Assembly: GCA_020536535.1 (NCBI GenBank)
Contig: JAHLWZ010000813.1
Span: 1 to 64,000, forward strand
Direction: 5' to 3'
Length of the DNA stretch: 64,000 nucleotides
DNA from: Pelomyxa schiedti
Lineage: Eukaryota > Protista > Evosea
The notes under the pieces were generated by a model, which saw only the letters and a program-made list of their open reading frames with translations, did no database searches and was not told the origin of the DNA. Positions 11,001-22,582 of this stretch are shown here, one piece after another. A program made the position numbers and the translations under genes. Numbering within the stretch: the stretch's first letter is position 1; each line of letters begins with the position of its first letter.

Positions 11001-13280
11001 GCAACTTGGATCTCGCTTGATCTTATGTTGTCTTTGCATCGAAACAGGGAATATATATAACTCCTGACTCGATCTCTTCGGAAAATCTTCATCGCTGGCG
11101 AAAAGGGAGATGGTACTTCCACCTTGGGGTGTTCTTGTCCACATGCAAATAGACTGCCCATCTCTCTGATAACCCACCTATCATCTCGGAAAGTACCGCA
11201 AGAAGAACTTGCCCCAACAGCCAACTTGTCACGTGTAACAGGCCTCACAAGTAAAAAGTCGGTGTACTTCTGATTGTGCTTCATCAGAGGAGCTATAAAC
11301 AACTTATTTTCAAGGCTCTGTACACAGCTTCCAGGTTCGATGTTACCGAGGAAAGGAGACCTATCTGACTGATGAAGAACAGCAGGCTCCCCTTCCTGAT
11401 AAGACCCTAGTCTGCTGTCAATAACTGTGGTTACGGCATCTCCGTCCTTGTAGCGATAGTAGTTGCGGATTCGAGATGACATGCCCACACCCATCATCAG
11501 GAGAGGATTTTCTTCAATGTATTCGATAAATACAAGCTTTCCATCCTGACCAGACAGGTGGCGTAACTTTCTGGGTGCCTCGTTGGAGTGGTGGTGATGA
11601 TGGTGATGGGACATAACATTGGTGGAAGTGTATTGTGCAGCACTTACAAGAGGAATAGGGCGGTTGACAGGAACAGCATCCAACTTTGGACGGTGAAAAT
11701 TTTGTAAAGTATCAGGACTGTAGTGGGTAGGCCACACACTTAAATTGAGTGCTGGAATTGCGTGTTGCAAGTCCGTGATGGGCCCCGTTGATATTGTAAT
11801 GTGATTTGTATGGGAGATAGACTCCAGGTAATATGCATCATTGGAGAGGTTAAGGGGGTCAACATCTTTCACTTTTCTTGGAGCGTTCACTGGAGTAGTG
11901 TTTGATGTCTCCTCTTCTGAAAATACCATTTCATTGTCATTTAGATCTAAAATGAGAGGATGTGCATGATGAAGGGGAGTGTCCAGAACAACGTCATTTA
12001 GCCATCTGCCGGTATCGATGTCACTATTTGTAATCGGTAATATCGAATGTTCCAAGTTAGGTAGGAAGAGCGATTCCACTTGTTTAGTGTCTGACTGAAC
12101 CATGTCCTATAGGGGTTTTGGTGTGACGTGTGGTATATTGATGTGCGTGGGTGTAAGTAGAATCAAAAAGTTACTTGTCTTGCTGGCATCTCACCCCAAA
12201 GTGCTTTACTCTGCCCATCTAATCTCGCAGCTGGCAAATGAGGGAAGAAGCTAAAGTTTGACGCTTGCGAGTGTGCACTGCTGTGGAGATGCGAATCATT
12301 TTGAGCGATGGTATCATGTTTTTCGGAGCTGAGGCATTTCTCATCCCACACAATGTCTTCCTCCCATGTGCGAAGTTGTAGTAATGTGGGATCTGAAAGA
12401 TTTAATTCATCAGACTCATAATGTTCTTGAGGCTGCTCCATATTAGAAGCATCCTTGGGCTCTAGAGAAGGTATGGTTGGGTGTTCATTGGCTTCTTCCA
12501 AAAGAGAGACAAAGAGGGGGTGAGGAATGGAAGGTTTTTCACAAGGTGCTTCCAAATTTGGTACCCTTCCCCCGGATCTCAACATTTCCTCTTCATCCAG
12601 CTCTTTAGAACGCAGTAGTGGATTAGTAGTTGGTGTGCTATGCGGTGTCGGTCTGCTATTCACTCGTCTCCGTTTTGGTTGTGGGGGATGGTAATCAAGA
12701 AGGTTGTCAAACTCACTGAACTTGAGGATGACACCAGAACTTCCTGTTAAAGTACTGCACACAGATGACAGCTGTTCAACTAGGGGACCATCCCTTAGAA
12801 TTTCAGGCGGCAGGCCATCTTCTTTTTGATTGTTCAGAACCAGCTGCAGAAGAGGGTGAACATATTCCGCCGAACCACCAGTTTCCTCTTTGGATTCTCC
12901 CTCGTTTGGCATCATTGCTTTAAAGGCATCATCGAAGCCACCCAAACCAGACATCATCAAAACTCCTTGGGCCAACTCTGGGTCCTCGTTGTTGTCTTCG
13001 GCCTCATTAGGTGCCTCGTTGTTTTCACATGGGAAAAGAGAAGATTCAGAGCCATCAGAGTCAACTGGACATGGTTGGTGTTGATGGGGCGCGGGGAAAG
13101 AAGGGGGGAAAAAAATAAATAAAAAATACTTGATGGAGAGCGTTGCTTCGTAGGGAACATCGAAGTACTGCTCAGGTTGTTGCTGGATTGGCTGGTCATG
13201 TAGTTTGCAGCGGTACTGTATACACCCGAAGCGGAGGTACCAAAAGGCCCTCCTCTCATCGCGTTTCTGTTGTCTTCCAT
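8091..13280 (-). CDS. TAF1: TFIID subunit 1 (TAF1): central conserved domain, zinc knuckle, one bromodomain
   Basis: LSGQDGKLVFIEYIEENPLLMMGVGMSSRIRNYY, TPWNLTANF, CKACGEVGHIRTNKGCPLY and YKQIISEPMDLQTI...AFTYN. Start inferred at MEDNRN (13280). Confidence 0.92.
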
Positions 13281-13705
13281 ATGTAGTTGTCGCGCAGTTG
13301 TCGGTTCGCTCTCGCCGCACCGTACGACTCCAATCAACAGTGGCCCTCCGCCTCCGAACAAAAAATAAAACTGAAAAAAGGCAATCAAGATCCGGAGCCT
13401 TTAAAAGTACTTGGACCCCGTCCTACTTCCTGGGGAGACTTATGGGACACTGACTTGGTTCCCAAGCCCAAGTTATCAGTTCCTCATTTGGGAATCGCAC
13501 AGTCCTCTGGCGGAACCACAACTGGCCCTACACCGATGTTGGAACATCTGGGGTGTCACTGTCTGTGTCCAATGATGGAAAAGGAAAAAAAAAAAGACGA
13601 TTCGCGGGCGAGCTCGTTGAGTCGTTCTCGGCACACCAGAGGCGCAATTGATTGGTTGTCGACAGTAGTAGCAGCAGTAGAGTAGTAGTTGAGATCACAC
13701 TGGCC

Positions 13706-14016
13706 ATGAGTGGTGTCCCCCAAACGACGGCCCCGAGCCCGAGCCCCTCACCGTCCCCATCTCCTTTTGTCCCCGCGTCCCCCAGCCCGCTCTCTACGTC
13801 GGCGTCGACCTCTACCTCGTCTTCGCCCTCGTCCACGGCGCCGCCGCCGTCGTCGTCTGGCACAACCACGACGCCCGCGGTCACTGGCTCCTCCTCCTCC
13901 GGCACCTCGTCTTTGAGCAGAGCTGCGCCAACGGGTGTGTGTCAAAGGCAATTTCATACATGCCCCCTTGTTGTTGTGTTGATTCTATGTTAAAAAATTT
14001 CATGTTTTTTTTTTTT

Positions 14017-14049
<33 letters not shown>

Positions 14050-15093
14050 TTTGTTGTTGTTTTTTTACATTCATGTGTAGTGCTGGTTTATGGAGGAAAT
14101 GGGGCTTTGGGACAGGCCGTTGTGGCCAAGTTCAAATCTCGGGGATGGAAGACTGTTACAGCGGATTTCATTGTAAATGAAAATGCTGATCTTCCTCTAG
14201 CTGTGAAGGGTTCCTCTGAAGAAGATGCAAAGTAATTAGACAAATTTCCGTTCTTTAATTATGGACCACTTTTCCTAGGTACATAGTTGCTCAGCTGAAA
14301 GAAAGAAGGATAGGTTTCTGTCAATCTCATCCTATCTCTTTTTTTGAAAAAAGTCTGACTAGAGTCTTTTTACAGAACTGCGTGCCATTGTGTGTGTTGC
14401 TGGGGGTTATGCCGCAGGAAATGTCAAAGAAGACATTTTCAAAACCCTAGATAAAATGTGGAAGCTAAATGTGCAGTCAGCCATTGCTGTTGCATACATT
14501 GCAAGTCAAGTTCTGGTACCAGCAGGGTATTTATTACAAGACATTTAACACCTTTTTATTAACATTGTTTCCTGTGCTTTTAATTCCAGGTTGCTTGTAT
14601 TTACTGGTGCGAATGCAGTTTTTGCACCATCAGCCAATGCACTGGCTTATGGGATGACTAAAGTTCGTATTTCAATTCTATTGTGGTGCTAAGTCTTTAT
14701 GCAGGCAGCAACACATCACTTGATATCTGCTTTGGCAAACAGTTCAGCAGATGAAAGTGGAATACCAAGACTTGCAGTTGTAATTGGGATTTTGCCTGTA
14801 ATGTTGAACACACCCCTCAACAGAAAAAGGTTTGTAGTCCCACAGAACGCGGTTTCCTTGAACTTACCCACCCCCAACAAAGCATGCCCACTGCCAATGT
14901 TGACAATTGGACACCCCTTGAGGATCTTGCCGGAAAGTTGCTGGACTGGGCCGAGGGTGTATCACTGCCTATCACAGGTAGCCTTGTTCAGGTAATTACC
15001 AAGGACCGGGTCACGGAGTACAGAACCCTGGACCTCACGTCCTTCTATGAAGCAGCAAAACCACCAGTCCCTCAGGCACCATCATCATTGTAA
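13706..15093 (+). CDS. QDPR: Dihydropteridine reductase (SDR family) with S/P/T-rich N-terminal extension
   Basis: VLVYGGNGALG, IVCVAGGY, FTGANA, AYGMTK|AATHHL, ILPVMLNTPLNRK and MPTANVDNWTPLE match QDPR motifs across GT-AG introns. Confidence 0.9.
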
Positions 15094-15284
15094 TCACATA
15101 GAGCTTCCAACACCTCCCCAATTACACCCCAAAACCTATGAAGTAATTGTAAACGAAACAAACCTCCACCCGTGATGTTTTAGTTGAACATCATCAAATC
15201 AAGATTCCGAGATGGCAAACAGCCACCTCTTACAAAGAAAAACCCTCTTCCTAAGAGCAGAAACGAAAGGCGCACGTACGGGAA

Positions 15285-17713
15285 ATGAAGACACGGAGCG
15301 CGCGTCGTACGTTCGGGGACGATGTAGAGGTCGTGATGACGCTGTCGTCGTCGCGCGTGATGGCGGCGTCGGCGGTCTCGGCGGCCGCGGCGGACGCGGG
15401 CATGTCCAGGTCGCGCTCCCACTCGCTGTTCGACGACGACGACTTCGACTTCGAGTTCCCTGCGCGCATCGCCGAGGTCAGCGACGACCTCGACGTGCGC
15501 CCCCACGGCACCGCGCCCTCGGCCGATTCCTTCCCGCAACAACAGCAGCAACAAGAGAAATCTCTGAGACTGCGCGGCCTCAAGACTGGCGAGGTCTTTG
15601 AATTCGACGACGAAGGGGCTCCCCTCGACCCGGCGGAAGCAAACGCGGCGGCGGCCGTTAGCGGAACCTCCTCCACTTGCACGACGATGATTTCTACAGC
15701 CATCACGGCCGCCGCTTCGCCACTCCCGATTATCGCGGACGCGAGAGGGCCGGACTTCCTGCCACTGAAAACGACTGTAATCACCGAAAACACGCCGCTG
15801 TCCCGGACGCCGCCTATGTTCACGGCGCTGTCCCCGCCGCCGGTAAGCAACACGCCTCCTGTGGCTTCTTCCACGCCTCCTGTGGCGAATCCTGCGTCCC
15901 GCTCTTCCGCGAGTATACATGCTCAAGGGAGTGGTCTACGCAACAGTATGAGGCTTCCGGCCTCATCTTCTTTTTCACTGCATGGTCCACGCTCAAGTAG
16001 TGGACCCCCAGCACATCATGGTGGTGGCACTGTGAAAAGACCAACACCGAAAAAAATCATTCCATCACGTGATCACCTCTTTATTCTGAATTGCACTCAA
16101 GTTTGCAATCTCATATGTCTTGTGAGTCAGCTTCTCTCTTTCTAAATGAAGCACGTGCATGAAAAACTCGGATGTTTTTACCATTACTGCAGATTTGTGG
16201 AATGATTTTTTGTTACTCAAACCTGATTTTGGCCATATCCACTCCCATTGTAACTGCGATTGTGATTGCATATAACCGCAAATATAAACCCAATATACAC
16301 AGACGTCTGACCCTTTGTATGATCATCTTTATCCTTTTCAAAATTAATTCATTCACAAAGATCCAACGTATTTTCTATGTTGCCTGACTTTTGTTGGGGC
16401 AATAGTTGGTTTTACCTCTGGGTTTTGGAAGTATCCAGACTTTGAAGCTTCAATAGTTCAATGGGTTAAGTATATATTGCCATCCACCTACCCCTTCTTC
16501 ATCTTGTTTGGTATTACAAGCACTGCCACAATGCGATCCATGAACGCAGATGCTACTGAGAGCATTGCTCGGGTTTATAAAAATGTAGAAGCAGATCAAG
16601 CTCAACCTGTTGTTCAGTATTCCACCCTCTCTGCTGGTCGTATTGTATCAGCCAAAGCCCGAGACGCTACCATTGCTGTATTCATAGCTCCAGACTCTTT
16701 GATGCAACAATACCTAGTGCGTGAGCTTGGCATTGATGCACATGTAGTAAATTCTTGCTTGGACGCCAATGAGTTATCGAGGGTTGAATGTAATGCCAAT
16801 TATACCGCGATCATGCTGAAGCTGCCATCTCTCAACAGGACTGGAGATAACTACTACTTTAAGGTTCTTACAGTTATTTTCTGGAATTTTTTTAAAAAAA
16901 CCTAGGTTGAATCTGCTGGTGTATTTTTATTCGAAAAAAAACTTGTGGTTATAATGCGAGAAGCTTTTCCATTATTTGAGTCCAGATTATTTACTGATGT
17001 TAGCAGTCTGGCCGACCTTACTGTCAGGTTGCTTTACCATTCTGTTTATTCGTTTGAGAGTCACTTGAGGTTAGTTATTTTCAACATAACAACCCAATTC
17101 TTCATTGTTGTTAACTTGGGGACTCCTAAGACTGATGAATTCATGCTGTGAGAACTTGGAATTTGATATCGCACGCTCAACAGAGAACAGCAAACTAATG
17201 CAACTCTTCACCCTCGAGAAGAATCTTGTGTATTACATCAACGCGATTGGATCCACTGGGCGGACAATCACCAAGTTCTCAGACAAAGACGTGCAAGGTG
17301 TGCTCAAACTCACTGGTGAGCAGCTTGCAATGATGGAGGACATAGCTATAGAGAACACACAGTGCTACAAAATGGCACACATATATCTCCACGTGATAGG
17401 TGGGCTTATGGACGCCCGCTCGTCAATAATCAGCAACAACCTCAATGTCATGATGAAGACCCTCACTTGTGTCATGATTGCGATAGGCTTACCAAACTTT
17501 GTATCAGCACTTGGTGGTATGTCTGAATTCAGCGCAATGGTGGGCTGGGAGAACGCTGTCATTGCGTACCCTACGTTTGTTGTTGTAATGGGCCTTACTG
17601 GGGCTGCTGTTTTCTTTACAATTCTAAAGAGTGAGCCTTTGTTTGCATACATCTTCTTTTCAATTTCAACGTTTTTTAAAACTTTGGAATTCGAAACACA
17701 AAAACTGGGCTAG
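15285..17713 (+). CDS. CorA-family divalent-cation transporter fused to an N-terminal low-complexity region and about 4 extra TM helices
   Basis: IDAHVVNSCLDANELSRVE, LMQLFTLEKNLVYYINAI, MDARSSIISNNLNVMMKTLT and a GGMSE loop between two C-terminal TMs; spliced hydrophobic exons at about 16070-16540. Confidence 0.85.
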
Positions 17714-17754
17714 ATTACAAAACATATGTGGTTGGAAAACCAGCATTGGTTTGC

Positions 17755-20067
17755 CTACAACCGTTGGTTCCCTCTTGTGAATTGTATTACTCCCACAGGG
17801 AGTACCTGCACAAATAAATTAGTAGATTAATCTTGTGTAATATATATACCTGGTGTGCATTGTTGATGACAAGAACCTCACCCTTGTCTGTTGTTACAAA
17901 CTTGTTGCCTATCAGAGTAAGGCACACAAATAAGTTTGGTCCATTGCCCCGGCAATAACGCAGGGCCATAGCCGGTGTCTTTGATAGGTAGATACCAACT
18001 CCTGGGAAAATGTTGGGTGTTTGGAATTTAGTATTATTACAGCAGGAGGGGGATTTGGGGTTGTACCTAAAGCTGCACCATGTGCTTTGCGGATGTTTTT
18101 CCCTTCCCCTTCTCCCGGTACAACCAAACCAATCTTTGTTATGCTGAGAGTGTTGGCAGAGTCAGTCCCATGGTAGCACATTACAACAGCCGTTTTTGGA
18201 CCGGTGCATTCAATGAACCTTAAGGAAATCAGTCCTTTGGGTGGCTTTTGGGTTTGAAGGGAAAAGGAGTTACCTTTCAAGAAGAGTCTTTGAAAGGATA
18301 GATTTAAAATTATCCATTTCGATATTGTTCTGCTTACAATCATTCACTACTCGCCCAGGAACATCAATATCCGTCATTTCTTTGATAATATAGAAATCAC
18401 TTCCTGGTGTCATATCCTAGAGGTTTTTTTTTAAGAGGGAAAAAAGAAGATTGCTTCTGAAAATTCATACAGGCATGGGGCACTGGTCATAAGCCTCTGC
18501 TTGAAGGCGCTGTGCGGTTTGACGGTCACTTTCTTCCATCAATCTTTTCCAGTTAGATTTTAGTTGGCATTTGGAGGTTGAGTACTGGTCAGAAAGTGCT
18601 CTGGCATATGCCTCATCCTGCAAAATTCTCTCGCTATTCTTTTCATCAATAGTCATTTCTCTACAAGAGTGAGAATGAGGGGAAATCAGTAAAAAGTACT
18701 CTGAAGCAAGTCGCCGGGCGAGCTCTTCATCAGAAAAGTTCTGCATTCTGTATCATATCAAAAAAGGAATAAAATAAAGAGGTAAGAACTAGAGTTGGAA
18801 GGATAAATGCATTTACCCAGAAACCAGTTCGCTGTTGTGTATACCGACTGTAGCACCCTTCAGCCACATATCTGCCACAGAATCCGCAGAAGAGTTCACC
18901 ACAAACACATCTCCACCCAGCGTAGGTTTTGGAATGTCATGAATAGGTGTTTGGATGGATACACGTGAATCGGTAGAGGACAAAAAGCTCTGTTGTGCCA
19001 GTCAGAATGTCACATTTATTCTGGGAAGGATGTGGTACTAAGATTTGATTTGCAGTCTTGTTGAAATCCCCTGCATTTTCGAGGTAGACATCAACAACGA
19101 AATCCTTATCGACATTGGAAAATAAATCAAACAGTGACTGAAGAATATCTTCTGAAGAAGCATTCAAGGCAGGCATAGCAGATTGTGAAGGAGATGCTGT
19201 AGATGCCATTGCGGTTGAGGATGGTGTTGCATTTGAGTTTACAACCGGTACACGTGGCGGTGTTGTTCGTGTTGGTGGCAGCGTAATAGTGAAATTAAGT
19301 GAAGGAGGGTCATTAAATGCCGAAGATGAACTACTAGGGGGAACTGGGAATATCTGAGATAATTGAGTTAAAAGGGATTCCGGGAGGCCAAGTTGGGTGC
19401 CCAAGTTCTGTGGGGCAGAAGAGGAAGAAGTAGAAGAAGTAGAGGAAGAACTGGAAATGCCAGGTACTGGCGTAGGGGTGATATTCTCATGAGTAGGCTC
19501 TGAAGAAATGGAAATGGCAGGTACTGGTGAGGGGGTGATATTCTCATGAATAGGCTTTGCAGTTGTTCCTGCCAATACCGGGGGTGATGCACTTGCTGTT
19601 TTCGCCTTGGTTATGTCCTGGTCACTCCCAGAGGAAGGTTTTGTCTGCGGCTGCAAGCCAGGAACAGATTCTGGGTCATCAAAAAGTGACGCGAATTTCA
19701 AATCGGCACCGGCATTTGTGTCCACATTGGAATTGGCCGCCCCGGTCAAATTAGATCTACTGCCTTCCACTGGGCTCGCAGCGGGCACCAAATTATCCGC
19801 GCGTGCTACGACCGACGGCAGCTTGTCAGCAACTTGCAGCAGCGTCGGCGGAGGTGTAGGAGGCTCGTTCGCCCTAGGCGGTGCTGCGTGATTATGGGTT
19901 GAAGGAGCCGTGGACAAGGGAGGGGGCGGGTTCGTCAGAATGTATTCCACTGACTGCTCCAGGTCACCTGCAAACGCCTCGGCCACATTTGTGAGGAAAG
20001 CGTCCGAAGCGTCGTCGCCGAACATGGACCGCAGTGCACTCACGGTTTCACTGGTGACAGCGGACAT
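17755..20067 (-). CDS. CUE-CUE, MIU-like helices and PARP-like ADP-ribosyltransferase domain protein
   Basis: LRSMFG...DLEQSVEYIL and LFDLFSNVD...DFNKTANQIL (CUE-like); SDEELARRL and QDEAYARAL; CYHGT...HGAALG|VGIYLSKTPAMALRY...GEVLVI. Stop at 17755-17757. Confidence 0.75.
19445..19556. repeat. Two-copy 57-bp in-frame tandem duplication in the CUE-ART linker
   Basis: Encodes PIHENITPSPVPAISISS / PTHENITPTPVPGISSSS. Confidence 0.85.
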
Positions 20068-20148
20068 GATCTCACAACTTGGTTTCTGAAATGCGAAATC
20101 AACTCTGTAGAGATTTGAAAACAGAGCTCTTTGGGAATCCTCGATTTG

Positions 20149-22377
20149 ATGGCCGACGAAAAGGAACGGGTTGTGTGGGTGTCGAAGCTGGTTTGGGAGA
20201 ACGTCGTTGTGCCCGGCTGGCTCCTTGAGCGTGTCAGCAGGGCACAGGATTCCCGCTGTTATGGGATCGCCGTTTCTCGTACGCTGTTCGTCCTCGCTGA
20301 GGCGCTGTTCCCCCTCGTCGCCCTCGTCTGTCGCAAGGTGAAGTCTGTGTCCCATAATTACACCTCCACCTACTTCCAGCTCACGTGGGCCGCCTCCAGC
20401 GGCAGCCCCCGGTGCGTCGATTGGATCCTCAGGCAAAAGCATTCCCAGTGCCCATGTCCCTTGAGCGGTCACCTTTCGCGTAAAAACCCCTACCGCGAGA
20501 GCTTGGCCATTTTGGTCGGCCTAGCTGATGGGGGTCACCTAGAAATGGCCAGCCTAATGCTGAATTTGATGCAGGCAAGTGGAAACAGGAAAACCCGGCT
20601 GAGCCGGGACACTCTGTCAAGTGGTGTGGATTATGGGATAGAGGCTGAACCACCCACGCCGTTGCCTGTGGGCGCAGAGGAATCCCCAATAAAGACAGAA
20701 TTACCGCGATTATGGGAGGAGAGAGTATTGAGGTGGATCGGAAATGCTAACGAGTTAGCAGAACCTGGGGATTGGATTCTGGATATAAAGACTTGGTACC
20801 CAAATGTGCTTATTGGGCCATGTACTGATGGAAACTTAGAGGTAGTGAAGTGGATGGTGGGGGGGTTTTGCATATCTGAGCTGTGGGAATTAGTTGTTCC
20901 TTTGAACAGAGCCTTGTCTAATGGAATGTTGGAAATTGCACAGTGGCTTTTTGAGAAGTTTGATTTGAAGCATCGACTTCCTTCTGGTACCTTGAGCGAA
21001 TTTGCTGACACGTGCGCAATGAGCAAGAATCCCAGCAGTTTGCAATGGTATGTGCAGGAAATGCAGGTCCCTATAACAAAATCCTTATTCTATGCCGTCC
21101 TTAGAAATGAATACGGCACAGCCAATCTTTGTCAGTGGATAAAAGAGAAAATAAAGTTGATATCACTCTCTCCCTATTCCTGTGCACCGTTCAAAAGTGT
21201 TGATGTTTTCAAGTGGGTGGAGCTCAATTGCATCTTCTACTCGCCGAGCCGCCTATCAAAGGTTTCCATGGATGAGATCTGTGAATTTGTTGCCGATGCA
21301 AGAGTTCTTGAATGGTTCATTACAGAGAAGCATTATGCCCCCACATCCTCCACGTTTATAGTGGCCTGCTCCAAACCCGAGGACGATCCAACCATCCTGA
21401 AATTGATATCACATACGGTGGATTTATCTCCAAGTGATCTGAGAACCTCTCTTGAAGTAGCGCTTGGGCAGGGCTGCATATCCATTGCGAATTGGCTGAA
21501 CGACACATATCACGTAATGGAACAGTTTATTGACTATACGACAGCCGTTTCCTCTCTCACTACCATATGTCATAGGCCCAACAATAGGCAGTACCAGGCG
21601 GATGGTGTAGATTGGTTTTTAAAACATATGCCGGTGACTAACAGTTTCGTTGAAATTCCTTCACACACTTCTGACTTGCTTAGAGCCACACTTACTCTGT
21701 GTTGTGCGAACACCTTTTTCTTGGTTCTGAAGACCTTTAGTTTTATCTCCCTCGATCGCTACCCAAAGGAGTGGGAAAAAGGAATTGAACATATGCTTAC
21801 CTGGTCACTTTGGGATGTTATTCACCTCTCTTCATTGGTGGCCCTTCCCGTTGAACCAATTGTAAGATGTTTGACTTCGCCAGATTGCAGCTTCGTTTCC
21901 AGTAAGGTTGTCAAGTGGCTGATCAAGCAATTTCACCTCGAGGCTGGTCATATCAAAAATAACCATAATTGCCTATTATACAAACTGCTCAACGCTGGCT
22001 TTAGTGCATGTGCGGAGTGGCTGATTGACTCTTTCTGTATCAGCTTCGATGAGGTTCTGCATACAGTCCCACTCAATGACTCACTTTAATTAATGCGGCA
22101 CTAGATTTTGGATATGGTGGATCACTGGAAACGTGAACGCATTATTTTTTACCTAAAGTTGGCACCCTGGAAGATGCTCCTGAATAAATTCCATGCACAA
22201 ATAGACCCCATAATGCTAAATAAGCTCATGGAACTGGTTTGCTGCTCGCCGTACCACATTGCAGCATCCTTGAAATCTCTCAGGTGGCTCACAATGGAAC
22301 AAATACGAAACTATTGCCGGGACGCCCACAATCTCCAGACCACCACCTCCCTGTGGTACAAAACATCCGCCCTCTGA
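20149..22377 (+). CDS. Lineage-expanded ankyrin-like repeat family protein, copy 1; one 3' intron
   Basis: RVVWVSKLVWENVVVP...FPLVALVC...SPRCVDWIL, plus repeated GHLEMA/GNLEVVKWM/GMLEIAQWL units; 652-aa ORF plus a short last exon. Confidence 0.8.
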
Positions 22378-22582
22378 TTCTCTTCTTCGATCAAAGATCC
22401 CTCACTCCCAGTAGATCTTATTTCCCACTTCCGCGAACGCAATTGCTGTTCGGAAGGTTCCTTTTTTCTCTATCGCTTCTCTTCTAGTTTCGCTGGCAAT
22501 TAAGCGCAATTTGGAGGCGCGTCGTTCCTTTTATTTTTTCTAGCAAGAGAGGTGTTGACAATACGCATTGTGTGAGAGGGGA

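Noticed and set aside
13400-13620. Possible ncRNA or small ORF in the TAF1/QDPR divergent region
   Set aside because: No convincing C/D or H/ACA boxes, Sm site or stable stem recognised.
14005-14070. Poly-T/(GTT)n tract
   Set aside because: Ordinary intronic simple repeat, seen in many first introns in this window.
15180-15926. Long antisense ORFs in GC-rich blocks (also 22484-23092, 49669-50337, 54584-55210, 55215-55685)
   Set aside because: Shadow ORFs caused by stop-codon scarcity in GC-rich first exons; no motifs.
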